This document shows positions 46,701-53,810 of a stretch of 64,000 nt of DNA, piece after piece. The translations under genes were made by a program, and so were the position numbers. Below the pieces are notes generated by a model. It did no database searches, was not told the origin of the DNA, and worked only from the letters and a program-made list of their open reading frames with translations. This DNA comes from Patescibacteria group bacterium. GTDB taxonomy: Bacteria > Patescibacteriota > Patescibacteriia > JACQRZ01. The stretch is from NCBI GenBank assembly GCA_038065255.1, contig JBBTRI010000006.1, positions 73,240 through 137,239 of the forward strand, in the 5' to 3' direction. Each line of letters starts with the position of its first letter. Position 1 is the stretch's first letter.

Positions 46701-49700
46701 TGCGAAAAATTGTCCTCTCATTTAACAAGCCCCTGCGGCAAGACAGCGTATCATCGAACACCATTAAACTTTTCCAGAGTGGTTCTACGTCTCCGGTAAG
46801 CGGTGTGTCAGTTCAATATGACAATACGTTAAATGTTGAACTTATTCTCTCAAACCCGCTTCTAGAGCAGACAAACTATGAAGTAAGGGCAACGGTAGGA
46901 TCAAGTGGTGTTGTCGGAGGCAATGGAGTGGCGCTCGTCGCAGAATCGCAAGGGGCAACCTATGTTTCACGCCAATTCACAACAACAGTCGTAACGGGAA
47001 CGATTGAAGCAGCTGCTCCTCGTATTGAATTCATGAATGCCGATGACAAAGAAATAGTCATAAAATTCAGCAAACCGATGAATACGGCAACAAGCGGAGA
47101 TGATCTTGCAAAGAGTGTTTTGAATAAGAATAACATTACACTCAAATATGGCGATAGCGAGCCCTTTCCGGGATTTCAGCCGGCCACACAGGGAACGGCA
47201 ATCACTCTTGCCAATGAAGCGAATGCAACCTTAAGCTTCACCTCGAATAATGAACTGAAGATTTCCAATTGGACCTCGGTTGCCGCAGCCACTATCCGCG
47301 ATAAGAAAGTCTATATTTCCTTTGCCACGACAGTGACGGATGTGAGAGATATGGCGATCGACACAAACGATATGGATCCTGACATGGCAGCTAAGTTTGG
47401 CGCGCTAATGGATGGGCAAACGGTATGTATGAAGGGTAATTCTCGTTGTCAGAGAGTTATGAATAATACGTTGACGGGTGGTGCGAATACGATTGGTGAA
47501 TATAAGGTTGATTTGGGTCTGCGCGGCCAGGGCGGACTAACAAGTATGAATATCAATATGGTCGGTAAAGCGATCGGTCATATAGGCCCGCCTGAAGTGA
47601 TAGCTCACAACCAGACCACAGGAGAGTTGAGCGGCTATATCATACGCGTTCCCCTCACTAGACAGATACCTACCGGTGGGGCGGTTCAACTTATCTTTCC
47701 TGAAGGGTTTGATGTGACAGGCGCGAAACAGCGTGCGAATCACCCAACCTGGCGAGATTTCAATCGCGATAATGCAGGGACTATCACATTCAGGTGTGGT
47801 GCGAGTGTTGCAAATACCACAAATTGCGCGGGCGGAGCAAATACGGATGATACGGGCACTGCCCAAGGAGGGCTTGCAGATGACGGTATCGTTGTTGTAA
47901 GTAAAACAACTGTAAAGGCATATTTAAGTGTTGTATTTCCACCGACTAATAGTACAAATCCGATAGATTTTATTGAGTTTGAACTTGAGGGCATTCGAAA
48001 TACTTCCAGCGCCCTAGATCACAGCTCTACAGACAATACTGTGAAAATAACGACACTTGCCGGCGGTGAACTTGAAAGTATCTCGCCAAGTCCGATCATT
48101 ATTCTTAAGCAGGCTGGAGCGCTGCAGATTACCGGAATGATCACCACTCCTGGGAATGCTGCGAATGGCACGGTAACGGTCTATTTGGAATCTGAGCAAG
48201 CCGGATTCAAGTCGGCAACCTCGACAAACTTCAGCGGCACAACCACAGCAACCTTTGCATTTACCGGTGTTCAGGCAAATACGTATTATTATGTTCGACT
48301 TGATCCAAGCGTAACGCTTGGCGGTAATGAATATTCCGGATCAGGGGTTCCACTCTTTGTGAATAACGCAAATGCAACTGCTGATTTACCGATGACCAAT
48401 ACAACGACAGCAGGTACCCTTGTGACGATAACCATTACCGGAGGCCCGGCGAATGAGTTATTGGATATCTTTGCCAACTCCATGCATGGGCAGAGGCGCC
48501 TGAAGCAAATGCAGCTTGGCGGTGATGGTACGAATGGTGCCGGAACACAAATACGGCTTTCGGATGATCAGTGGTTTATTGGTGTCGGACCACGAATTCC
48601 GTTTGGTCAATATTCGGGACCTCCGCCAAAAACGTCTTATCGGCCGCCGGCTCATATCAGTGTTAATGTTGATAGCGCACAGAATCCGGCGTGCAATCGT
48701 GAAGGCGGGGTTCAGAGCTGTACCGTTCCCTTTGCTCTGACGAATGCAACAAAGCAAATTAGAGGCAAGGTTGTTGACCCGAACAATGTAAGTAATGTTA
48801 TGGTTGGCGCGGAAGTAAAGGCATTTTCGCCGAGCGGTGAAGCGCGTGCGACTTCCGGAGCTGATGGATCATTTACATTGGATGTAACACCTGATTCATA
48901 TGACGTTAAAGCCTATGTTTTCGGCATGGAGCCGTCTATCCCGCGCAATGTCAACGTAACATCGGCGGTTACAGATTATCTTGTCATTGACGGCGCAGCG
49001 GCAGTGTCGGCGGTAACAGCTGCTACAACATTCATTCTCAAGCCGATTAAAGCAGGATTCAGCATCCAAGGAAAGATAACCGATTCAACCGGAAGCGTTA
49101 TGAAAGACACGGCTGTGTATGCATATAGAACAGACGGACCGGGGCATGCCAATGGCATGACCAATGCAAGCGGTGTTTATACTATCTATGTAGGTCCCGG
49201 AACATGGAACGTTGGTTCGGTTATCAATGGTTTTGGTAAGGTTCAAGAAATTACGGTTACGGTCACCAATGCGGACAAAACAAATCAGGATCTCTCGGCA
49301 TCGGGCGGTAACCGATCGTACAAAAAAGTATCCGGTCGTATTTATCAAGATACGAATGGGAACTTACAATATGATGCCAATGAAGGCTTGGCAAATACCA
49401 TGGTAAAGATCGTCGGTCCCGGTGGTTATTTCAATCGCGATGCGACCAAGTCTGATGGCACATACACTATTCAGGTTCCGACGGGCAGCGGTTATCGCGT
49501 TAAGGCGTTTTCTCCTGATCTCGGTGGAGAACTGCCACCACTTCCTCTATTCGATGTCAGTGATGATGTTCCGAATAAGGATTTCAGAATTGCAGCACTA
49601 CGTACTATAACATTCGTGTTCGCCGGCGGTACGGTGAGTGATGGGCGTATTGAACTGAAGACAGCGGGTAATATGATCGTGCCGATCCGTATCTTTAATG

Positions 49701-52270
49701 GTACGGTGCCCAAAGCCGCAGTTCCGAATGGGGATTATACTGTTGATGTAATGATGGGGAATGCTTCAGTTTCAGCGTCGAATATTGCCGCTACTGATGG
49801 GAATACCACCTATGTGGTTGCAGGCGGAGTTGGAACGCTTACAGTTACCGGCAATGAGAGTCTGACAATCACCTTACCGGCGCAACGGACAGTCAGTGGT
49901 ACGGTGCGTGATGCAAATAACCAAATTGTCGCCCAAGCCGGTGTGGAGATATTCAATGAGGCAACCCATGTATTCAATACAACATCAACAGCCGCAGATG
50001 GTACCTTTACTGTGCGCGTTCCCAATGTGTTACCAACCGAACCACCCTACATCTTGAATGTGTCAAAGTCGGGGTATCTGAATGCGTTTCAATCGATTGC
50101 CGTTACGGCGGCAATAGCTGATGTCGACCTTATAAATCTTGCATTGAGCATTCAAAAAGCGACACTTTCCATTTCCGGCAGAGTAAGGCTTGGGTCTGAT
50201 AGTGGAGCTAATGCTACAAAAGCAAGTGTATATGCTCGAAGACAAGGCGGTGGATCTGCACGAACAACGGCTGACGATCAAGGCAATTTCATATTGCCTG
50301 TGCAGGCCGGTTCTTGGGATGTTACCGCCAACTATGATGGTTACCAAGAAAAAGGATTTGCCCAAAACCCGGTTGTCGTGACTACTGTTGCAGTTGATGG
50401 AAAAAATATTGCTCTCACTGAAACCATAGCGACAAAGGCGCCGCTTTCGCAGACGGTGTCCTCAACGGTTGGAACAAATGTTGAAGATACCAATACCGGC
50501 ACAAGCTTGATCATCGGTGCAAATGTATTACCGACCAATACTTCAACAAATCTCCAAATTAAAGAAACGACGAACTTCAGCAGTACGGATACGGCAAAAG
50601 TGGTGGGAGGAGCAACGGAAATCACGGCTCAAGATACGAGCGGTTCGCCGGTAACTAAATTAACCGGTGCAGCAACAGTGCAACTGAAGCGCACTAAGGT
50701 GCAGCTTAATGCTTCAGCATCAGCAGCAGACTCATCAATCAATACTAAATCCGAAGTCAACAAGATGAGTATTTCGTTATTTGATGATACGCTCGGCCAA
50801 TGGACGTCATTACCTACGACGATTACATATAGGGATGCGAATAACAATCTTGTTTCAAATCCAAGCGAAGATCTATCTAATGTCGATAATGTGTTGCTTT
50901 CTGCCGAAACAACTCACTTTTCGCTCTATGCTCCGACGGTCAAGACAAATCCAACAGCTCCTTCAGCACCTGCAGGTTTAGCCGTGAGTAGTCCAACAGC
51001 ATCATCACTCACGCTCACATGGACGGCTGTTGCGGGCGCTACAGGGTATTCTGTTTACCGAGGCACATCGGCAAATGGAGAATTCCCACGTATCGGAGCG
51101 GATCCGACAGTTGGAAGCGGCACAACAACCTCATATGTAGATACCGGACTGGCAAATAATACCAGCTACTTCTACAAGATAACCGCGCATAATGCAAATG
51201 GTGAGTCGGAAGCGTCCGCAGCTGTAACCAATACTACAAGCACTGCAACGGCAGCATCTGCCGGATCATCCGGTGGAAGCGGCGGTACGGCAATCGTGGG
51301 TGGCACTGGCGGTAGCGCAACATCGACAACTACCACAGCGGCAGCAAAAGTAATCGTTGAACCGGTGAAGCAAACTCCTGCGCAAGCTGCGCCGCAGGCC
51401 GCTGGAGCAGTTCCAGCGCCTGCCGCACAGGCTCCAGTAGTAGTAGCGCCAAAGCCGGCTCCACAGGCTGCGCCAGTTGCTCAAGCACTCTCTGAAGTAA
51501 AAGCCCTCTCAACAATTACACGATCACTTGCAAAAGGTTCAAAAGGCGCTGATGTGAAGACGCTCCAGCAAGTACTGAAGGCCGAAGGTTTGTATAAGGG
51601 AGCGATCAATGGCGTTGTTGATGCAAAAACTCTCTCTGCCGTGAAGTCCTTCCAAGTTGCGCATAAGATCTCCAAACCGGGCCAGAAAGCATTTGGCAAT
51701 ATCGGTCCCGGAACGAGAGCCGCAGTCAATAAACTTGTTACGCAGGCAGTGAAGGCGCAAAAAGAAGCTATAAAAGCAAAAGCTTCTATACCTGCTCAAT
51801 GGGCTACTCCGGCTACCCCAGCAACTCCCGCTCAAAAACCAGCAAAAGCAAAACCGACCAAAGAAGAACAAGCTGCAATGAAGGCTGCTAAAGAAGCCGA
51901 AAAGAAAGAAGCATTGATGGCTGCAATAGAAAAAGCTTCAGAAGCTCTTGAAGAACGGTATGCTTCCGAAGATGGAGAGTTTGGTCTTATGAAGGGAGCA
52001 AAAACTGCAAAAAGTACGGCAGCAGCACAGAAGAAAGCCGACAAGCATGTAAAGAAACTTACTTCTGTCCTCGAGCCAAAAGCACTTAAGATGGCATTGA
52101 AAGATCTTCTCTTGAATCTTCCTGAGCCAATGAAAAAACTTGGCATGGACAAGTTTGCCCAAGTTCTCACGAAGACACGAAAAGTTCATGGAAATGCTAT
52201 TCCTCAAGATCCGCAAGGGTTTGCGGATTTTGTCCAGGAAGCAATGAATAGTGCAGTAGGAGTCAAGTAA
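37799..52270 (+). CDS. Giant (4823 aa) cell-surface protein: signal/anchor, >12 copies of a novel ~100-aa Thr/Ala/Gly-rich repeat, CarboxypepD_reg-like beta-sandwich repeats, FN3 domain, low-complexity linker, C-terminal peptidoglycan-binding domain and Lys/Ala-rich tail
   Basis: Uninterrupted 14.5 kb ORF; recurring motif GD[IVLM][IV][LF]Y...W[GD][IMV]V[TS] in aa ~180-2100; CarboxypepD_reg-like units (e.g. IRGKVVDPNN...ADGSFTL, VSGRIYQDTNGN...SDGTYTIQV) at ~48.7-50.4 kb; FN3 (PSAPAGLAV...YSVYRG...NTSYFYKITAHNANGES) ~50.95-51.25 kb; PG_binding_1-like (LAKGSKGADVKTLQQVLKAEGLYKGAINGVVDAKTLSAVKSFQ) ~51.52-51.67 kb. Confidence 0.85.
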   Translation: MKHYFNRSFSPMNVRITLKKFLTQITAVAVIFWSLGPASFLNPLSADAAVSTLTATAIASRNQVLGTSAPATAVLGLNAVQSAGEQLSQVVVSINPTGTIAPSDFAALATDATSGVALYADNAGGGTQGVFDATDTAVPLAAAPSFNTNSQLVRLTPTAFSATASTDNSYALTDGDVVFTRTSTEQSYAWHVVKVGNGGTGGMTNQAVRFENTATLPLIVNSGVLSKFTPEATGNFTINGTANTTVFSSGATPALSTGDIVLYSGGTTLSRWGMVSGAFTATNAPVDGQNLANETYRMSRAAGVTGSYSVGPNGAVTVTGALNTAPLTAGDMVLYRDTATTSQAQWGVVTNATLTSGIFAIDGVPLAPGTTATPKVYQITKLNAYVNATKLLTTNADTNVTAGTVAYTLLTSNTDFNGAAVARNTANWHVVTTAGNTVNGDANLRLKFNSSTSVPTFGNPAPLRVTLAANALQAIPANDTDADKVGPDFFVVVKGAATPVANNGFTASISSTYFSTAIAAIPAVVTPTYTFSPTPVTTSAQAAQQLTSNTTLLPASETFYALKLNLSQSNQPNVRAMRVVVNPSGAGSINDLAPITDDATSGITLLKDDKSNGMGRGAPDATDTFVGNTFDLGGRSQFNSTQLVKVTPSLTATDNGNAAEGMLAVVVGDAVFARVGAGSYMWHMVTTAGNLSSDATTEGTAGLDGLSAANSLVAAGSQMNKLNPQNGTGTLTVGGEVNLTTLNFAANDIIFYQGGMGAPKWDIVTSATAADIVTLGTPLQNGNYRVSKFTPDANRTAYGIGDIVLYQNNSTFAGDTKFAIITGFDRDNADAVIGYTLSTGETVPLARLIKFTGFGQVSKDVGATDYALIDGDLVLGMPTLNPMTSTTDWHVVTTPNGGALGMNNAIRLNDIGAGEPRFNGTVVMLTPGAVSAVLPDDAGNNAQSDYFIGVRTSRMAANGNAFTVSIPSDSLVLNHSTLGTTTPLATLATSVVFTVSTTSSLTTNAAANIAGGPATINVSSNPTAVFGLNTVSTGGELVRKVGVTVNPGTGFIMSELNALGTNAQSGIALYEDNKVSGSSFGTFNATDDAVVALSSITSVQQGPRLTTLAPSSQALATAAMTLTAGDALFTHITGNGAPTNTYGWHMVTTSGTAATAPSGDGALRLDGAGAAPTFVGGAHVSRLSARTTGSYVINGRTNTIPSALKLGDIILYQTGTTAARWGVVSQNFDAGNAVVDGVQLASGTYRIGKFSPQFSQSTARIGFQQGSQYTSFSTINWTQMQAGDLVLYQTGTEPAKWGIVTNASTTGGTFAINGAPLTVGNGYNKTYRFSKLDSTLTQAALAFSDGTQTTAGTLTFALATSNAQSPTAFDWHAITTAGAINGSAIRFDGNGAAAPLYGTRVTMIPTEATAPFFPTDNNVNNAGSDFYVVARTSSTAVANDSFSLTIAPGDVGTTLHEPLATPTPQTSPVYTVSSAPVAPPAAVAATAAIPVADFPVVLKGTSAYLPLFRVRFGTNENTKNFTSVKVQLSPLGGTPTWTTAAITSSDLADLATDPSSGITLWKDEGDLNFDTNTPVALAASPSYAASDLATAGARSFTLTLATPQAIVSGDAYFIAVRTKAAPQNGNTFSAFLLPAGITTSATSPTLSTTVRRDAVIDSTVPTIQLIVGQPGTNSLEVTFSESVQKVNNGPLSFVSSSDPFTFVDGGGTAQQITSIERRSDTVYTLTMNGNLTDEDFDGSPATLAATANKISDFAGNVMGTTASNLANTMRITTSTLPNTAAGQAYGPVTLQATGGTQPYGWSPLGSADATTLTNLGLTLTANTGIISGTVPAQASGSNTITIKLRDKAFTATVLTGAAGANPWTYQRGGYVPAVGDVVFYRNVTDAPTAMNWGIVTTAPTDATRTNQNTFRLNGALLLAQKTYQMTQFRGGSSPETSAIAANGNFVQGLNLRIGDLVFYPTNAATTTYDWGMVSIAENITANNPATILRVNGSALPAYSATGQVHLVRASNPGFYSDTALVRVNNGAVWTIDGGAYTPSSGQQVIYRNVTDAPTVILHGIITAAANTNQENFRINGQTLLATKQYQISNLSTLNFTSQSIVGTNQSNFELVERDGDIMFLPTQSNGTVYNWAMVTGGDATIPANTNITGLKLNGSAVDMAWTNEAGGNLIANASPPATSVTRTFTVNTPGAGGFIAGIDRVEPNVGIVNTVRDVTVTGISTSFAATSNIELLDGSNNVISTEGAASATNIQVSQKASTGATNLSFRLTIGAQVPQVSYQLRITTGNQVVSGPNAFTVSAAVVGLNPLSPPNNATNVPIPPQFSFSPSADQTVLSYRLIVHTRNDFNDSISGGYTLWDYAFPKVAPSGIPGHCFVDQCSVQYGESRFRNIQAANFDPSSANTPSRPAPLSPNTVYYWKILAYKIAHSDATIGASSENLGDTNRVPESKPDGGIGRAFTTTATIADNEAPDIQFAAPQKATASADLNMFARVFDRVARPTGTPALTARVLYCNNAANCTPTTSANATHVGSNYFKFTIPAATVGVATTVTRFYIDASDGPNTTSTGTAASPLSVTAVAAGSGVISGTVKKADGTCDATIRQATLFMEGTGFNATSSNDAACSFALNGLTAGGSVWAVKEGFEPQPFTFSLGKTGADIRMPFNQGGGFIGGGGSTGNPRVMHHFPGPDSQAPSTAPIDIFFDREMDFGTISSTNMTVNEELNGVFTDITNRGSWTYTDAADPNNSLVTMHRANWTLTGQNTLGTGKKIVVVLSSAVKAQGVSIETPDSHSFQSVKKFSFFTSSFTANQCDFAAGTCNGTAIAPDLIPRVMNFPLPPDIFRVPTNTPLSVNFSVDMKDNSETYNLINSVRLYQIINGQPSDITSTAIQSVSLDSTNKKRALITLKNTFNSGALGVNTQYEVRVLAAATALSGSTVGQDFTSPRFTTGTGTDTGAPTIVNPAAGAQMQFSPFMRKIVLSFNKPLRQDSVSSNTIKLFQSGSTSPVSGVSVQYDNTLNVELILSNPLLEQTNYEVRATVGSSGVVGGNGVALVAESQGATYVSRQFTTTVVTGTIEAAAPRIEFMNADDKEIVIKFSKPMNTATSGDDLAKSVLNKNNITLKYGDSEPFPGFQPATQGTAITLANEANATLSFTSNNELKISNWTSVAAATIRDKKVYISFATTVTDVRDMAIDTNDMDPDMAAKFGALMDGQTVCMKGNSRCQRVMNNTLTGGANTIGEYKVDLGLRGQGGLTSMNINMVGKAIGHIGPPEVIAHNQTTGELSGYIIRVPLTRQIPTGGAVQLIFPEGFDVTGAKQRANHPTWRDFNRDNAGTITFRCGASVANTTNCAGGANTDDTGTAQGGLADDGIVVVSKTTVKAYLSVVFPPTNSTNPIDFIEFELEGIRNTSSALDHSSTDNTVKITTLAGGELESISPSPIIILKQAGALQITGMITTPGNAANGTVTVYLESEQAGFKSATSTNFSGTTTATFAFTGVQANTYYYVRLDPSVTLGGNEYSGSGVPLFVNNANATADLPMTNTTTAGTLVTITITGGPANELLDIFANSMHGQRRLKQMQLGGDGTNGAGTQIRLSDDQWFIGVGPRIPFGQYSGPPPKTSYRPPAHISVNVDSAQNPACNREGGVQSCTVPFALTNATKQIRGKVVDPNNVSNVMVGAEVKAFSPSGEARATSGADGSFTLDVTPDSYDVKAYVFGMEPSIPRNVNVTSAVTDYLVIDGAAAVSAVTAATTFILKPIKAGFSIQGKITDSTGSVMKDTAVYAYRTDGPGHANGMTNASGVYTIYVGPGTWNVGSVINGFGKVQEITVTVTNADKTNQDLSASGGNRSYKKVSGRIYQDTNGNLQYDANEGLANTMVKIVGPGGYFNRDATKSDGTYTIQVPTGSGYRVKAFSPDLGGELPPLPLFDVSDDVPNKDFRIAALRTITFVFAGGTVSDGRIELKTAGNMIVPIRIFNGTVPKAAVPNGDYTVDVMMGNASVSASNIAATDGNTTYVVAGGVGTLTVTGNESLTITLPAQRTVSGTVRDANNQIVAQAGVEIFNEATHVFNTTSTAADGTFTVRVPNVLPTEPPYILNVSKSGYLNAFQSIAVTAAIADVDLINLALSIQKATLSISGRVRLGSDSGANATKASVYARRQGGGSARTTADDQGNFILPVQAGSWDVTANYDGYQEKGFAQNPVVVTTVAVDGKNIALTETIATKAPLSQTVSSTVGTNVEDTNTGTSLIIGANVLPTNTSTNLQIKETTNFSSTDTAKVVGGATEITAQDTSGSPVTKLTGAATVQLKRTKVQLNASASAADSSINTKSEVNKMSISLFDDTLGQWTSLPTTITYRDANNNLVSNPSEDLSNVDNVLLSAETTHFSLYAPTVKTNPTAPSAPAGLAVSSPTASSLTLTWTAVAGATGYSVYRGTSANGEFPRIGADPTVGSGTTTSYVDTGLANNTSYFYKITAHNANGESEASAAVTNTTSTATAASAGSSGGSGGTAIVGGTGGSATSTTTTAAAKVIVEPVKQTPAQAAPQAAGAVPAPAAQAPVVVAPKPAPQAAPVAQALSEVKALSTITRSLAKGSKGADVKTLQQVLKAEGLYKGAINGVVDAKTLSAVKSFQVAHKISKPGQKAFGNIGPGTRAAVNKLVTQAVKAQKEAIKAKASIPAQWATPATPATPAQKPAKAKPTKEEQAAMKAAKEAEKKEALMAAIEKASEALEERYASEDGEFGLMKGAKTAKSTAAAQKKADKHVKKLTSVLEPKALKMALKDLLLNLPEPMKKLGMDKFAQVLTKTRKVHGNAIPQDPQGFADFVQEAMNSAVGVK
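38300..44300 (+). repeat. Intragenic tandem protein-coding repeats within giant gene (GD-VLY...WGVVT unit, divergent copies)
   Basis: At least 13 recognisable copies of the motif in the translated product; copies are diverged at nucleotide level (not a simple satellite). Confidence 0.6.
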
Positions 52271-52303
52271 TCGCATAGTTTAATTGGCATAAAACAGGGG
52301 ATA

Positions 52304-52335
52304 ATAACAATCCCCTGTTTGTGGCATATAAATAG
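52304..52335 (+). terminator. Rho-independent terminator (ACAGGGGAT-loop-ATCCCCTGT + TTGTGG) after giant gene, followed by TATACT/TATAAT promoter-like boxes
   Basis: 9-bp stem with 8-nt loop 34 nt after stop; -10-like TATAAT at ~52353. Confidence 0.5.
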
Positions 52336-52370
52336 GTGTATACTAACACTATAATTTATAATTATTTTCT

Positions 52371-53792
52371 ATGACTTCACGTCTCATGCTCGTAGTAGCG
52401 TTGTTCGGTATTTTTGCAAGTGCTACAGTTACGTTTGCACAACTTCAACAACCTCAGGGAGGGCAACTTAATCAGCAACAGGGCGGACAACAGGGCCAAT
52501 ATCAGGGGCAAATGCCACCCAATCAACAACAGGGCATGATGGGACAGTACGGAGGCCAACAGGGTCAACAAGGACAGCAATACGGTGGGCAGCAGCAGGG
52601 TGGTCAGCAGGGACAGATGCCACCCGGAGGATTTGATCCAAATATGGATCCTTCCCGAAAAGGGCAGTACCAAGGGCAAATGCCTCCAGGAGGACAGGAT
52701 CCTAGAATGATGCAGGGAGGTGGACAAGATATGCAAGGAGGACAGTACGGAGGCAAACAGGGACAGCAAGGGCAGCAGTACGGTGGACAGCAACAGGGCG
52801 GTGGGCAGGGACAGATGCCGCCGGGAGGTCCGGGAATGATGCAGGGACCCGGTAAGGAATTTTTCTCTCGGATGGTCACAGAAATGAAAAGCAACATGAA
52901 GCCATTTGAAATGATGGTAAAGAATTTTGACAAGCAGATTACAAAAGTCCAGACATCGGTAAAAAAATGCGGCATTTCACCAAATTTTGAAGAAATGAAG
53001 ACTGCTGTTACTAATGCCAAAGATACTGTTGCTAAAGTAAAAAATTTAGATCCAAAGGCAGAAGATCTTGATTTCTCTCCTGAAGAAATTGGTGAAACTG
53101 CGCAGACTGTTTCCGAAAACCAGCGCCAACTCATGCAGTATGACCAATTCTGTCGTGGAATGACTCAGCGCGAAAAAGACCTCAAAGGCATCACTGGAAG
53201 GCTTGCAAAGATTGAGAGGAATATTCAAAAGGGTAAATTAGATTTGACTGATTCACTTAATGAGCAGAGAGCAGATCTAGCAACGCTACAAACATTGCTT
53301 AAAGACGCAAAGGATCAGGCATCGCAGGATATAGAAAAGGCGATGGATACTATTGATGATTTTGAGGATAAACGGAATGACGTATTTGACCGCGAACGTG
53401 CATTACAGATGGCTGCAAACTTTTCGAGGGAATTAAAAAATCTTGATCGTGATGCAAAACGCCTTGCAACAGATGTGAAAAATGAAAAAAGACGCGCTTT
53501 AAAAAAGAAACTTCCAAGCGAAGATTTAAGCGATTCGTATACCAAGTTTAACGATGACTATACCACGCTTAAGGGGCTTGCAGGCAAGAAGAATGTTGAT
53601 CCTGAAGATCTCATAGCTGCTATGGAGGATGTATTCGATGCGCGGCGCGATATAGATGAGGCGCTCAATCAGTTGCGTGAGGGCGGTTCGGGGAAAACGG
53701 AAGACGAATTTGCTTTGCCGCAGGGGTGGGATGATATAGCAAAATATTCCCATCAGGGCAGCCAGCAAGACCAGATGATGCAGGATCAATAA
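52371..53792 (+). CDS. Secreted protein with N-terminal Gln/Gly-rich low-complexity repeats and C-terminal coiled-coil/helical domain
   Basis: Signal peptide MTSRLMLVVALFGIFASATVTFAQ; two ~60-aa tandem repeats of QGQYQGQMPP..GGQQGQQGQQYGGQQQGG; charged helical K/E/D-rich C-terminal 300 aa. Confidence 0.7.
   Translation: MTSRLMLVVALFGIFASATVTFAQLQQPQGGQLNQQQGGQQGQYQGQMPPNQQQGMMGQYGGQQGQQGQQYGGQQQGGQQGQMPPGGFDPNMDPSRKGQYQGQMPPGGQDPRMMQGGGQDMQGGQYGGKQGQQGQQYGGQQQGGGQGQMPPGGPGMMQGPGKEFFSRMVTEMKSNMKPFEMMVKNFDKQITKVQTSVKKCGISPNFEEMKTAVTNAKDTVAKVKNLDPKAEDLDFSPEEIGETAQTVSENQRQLMQYDQFCRGMTQREKDLKGITGRLAKIERNIQKGKLDLTDSLNEQRADLATLQTLLKDAKDQASQDIEKAMDTIDDFEDKRNDVFDRERALQMAANFSRELKNLDRDAKRLATDVKNEKRRALKKKLPSEDLSDSYTKFNDDYTTLKGLAGKKNVDPEDLIAAMEDVFDARRDIDEALNQLREGGSGKTEDEFALPQGWDDIAKYSHQGSQQDQMMQDQ
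52470..52860 (+). repeat. Tandem repeat encoding QG-rich low-complexity region
   Basis: Repeated cagggacagcaagg/cagcagggtgg units; explains spurious antisense ORFs 52377..52793 and 52604..53134. Confidence 0.6.
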
Positions 53793-53810
53793 AAGAAAAA
53801 AGTATCCATA

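Noticed and set aside
38075-52276. Many antisense/out-of-frame ORFs (60-216 aa) inside the giant gene, e.g. 43933..44583(-), 42076..42513(-), 45448..45831(-), 51832..52170(-)
   Set aside because: All lie wholly within the continuous 4823-aa reading frame whose product has coherent domain architecture; low-complexity, repeat-driven shadow ORFs with no start context
52377-53134. Minus-strand ORFs 52377..52793 and 52604..53134 (Leu/Pro/Cys-rich)
   Set aside because: Antisense artefacts of the CAG/CAA/GGN tandem repeat encoding the QG-rich region of 52371..53792
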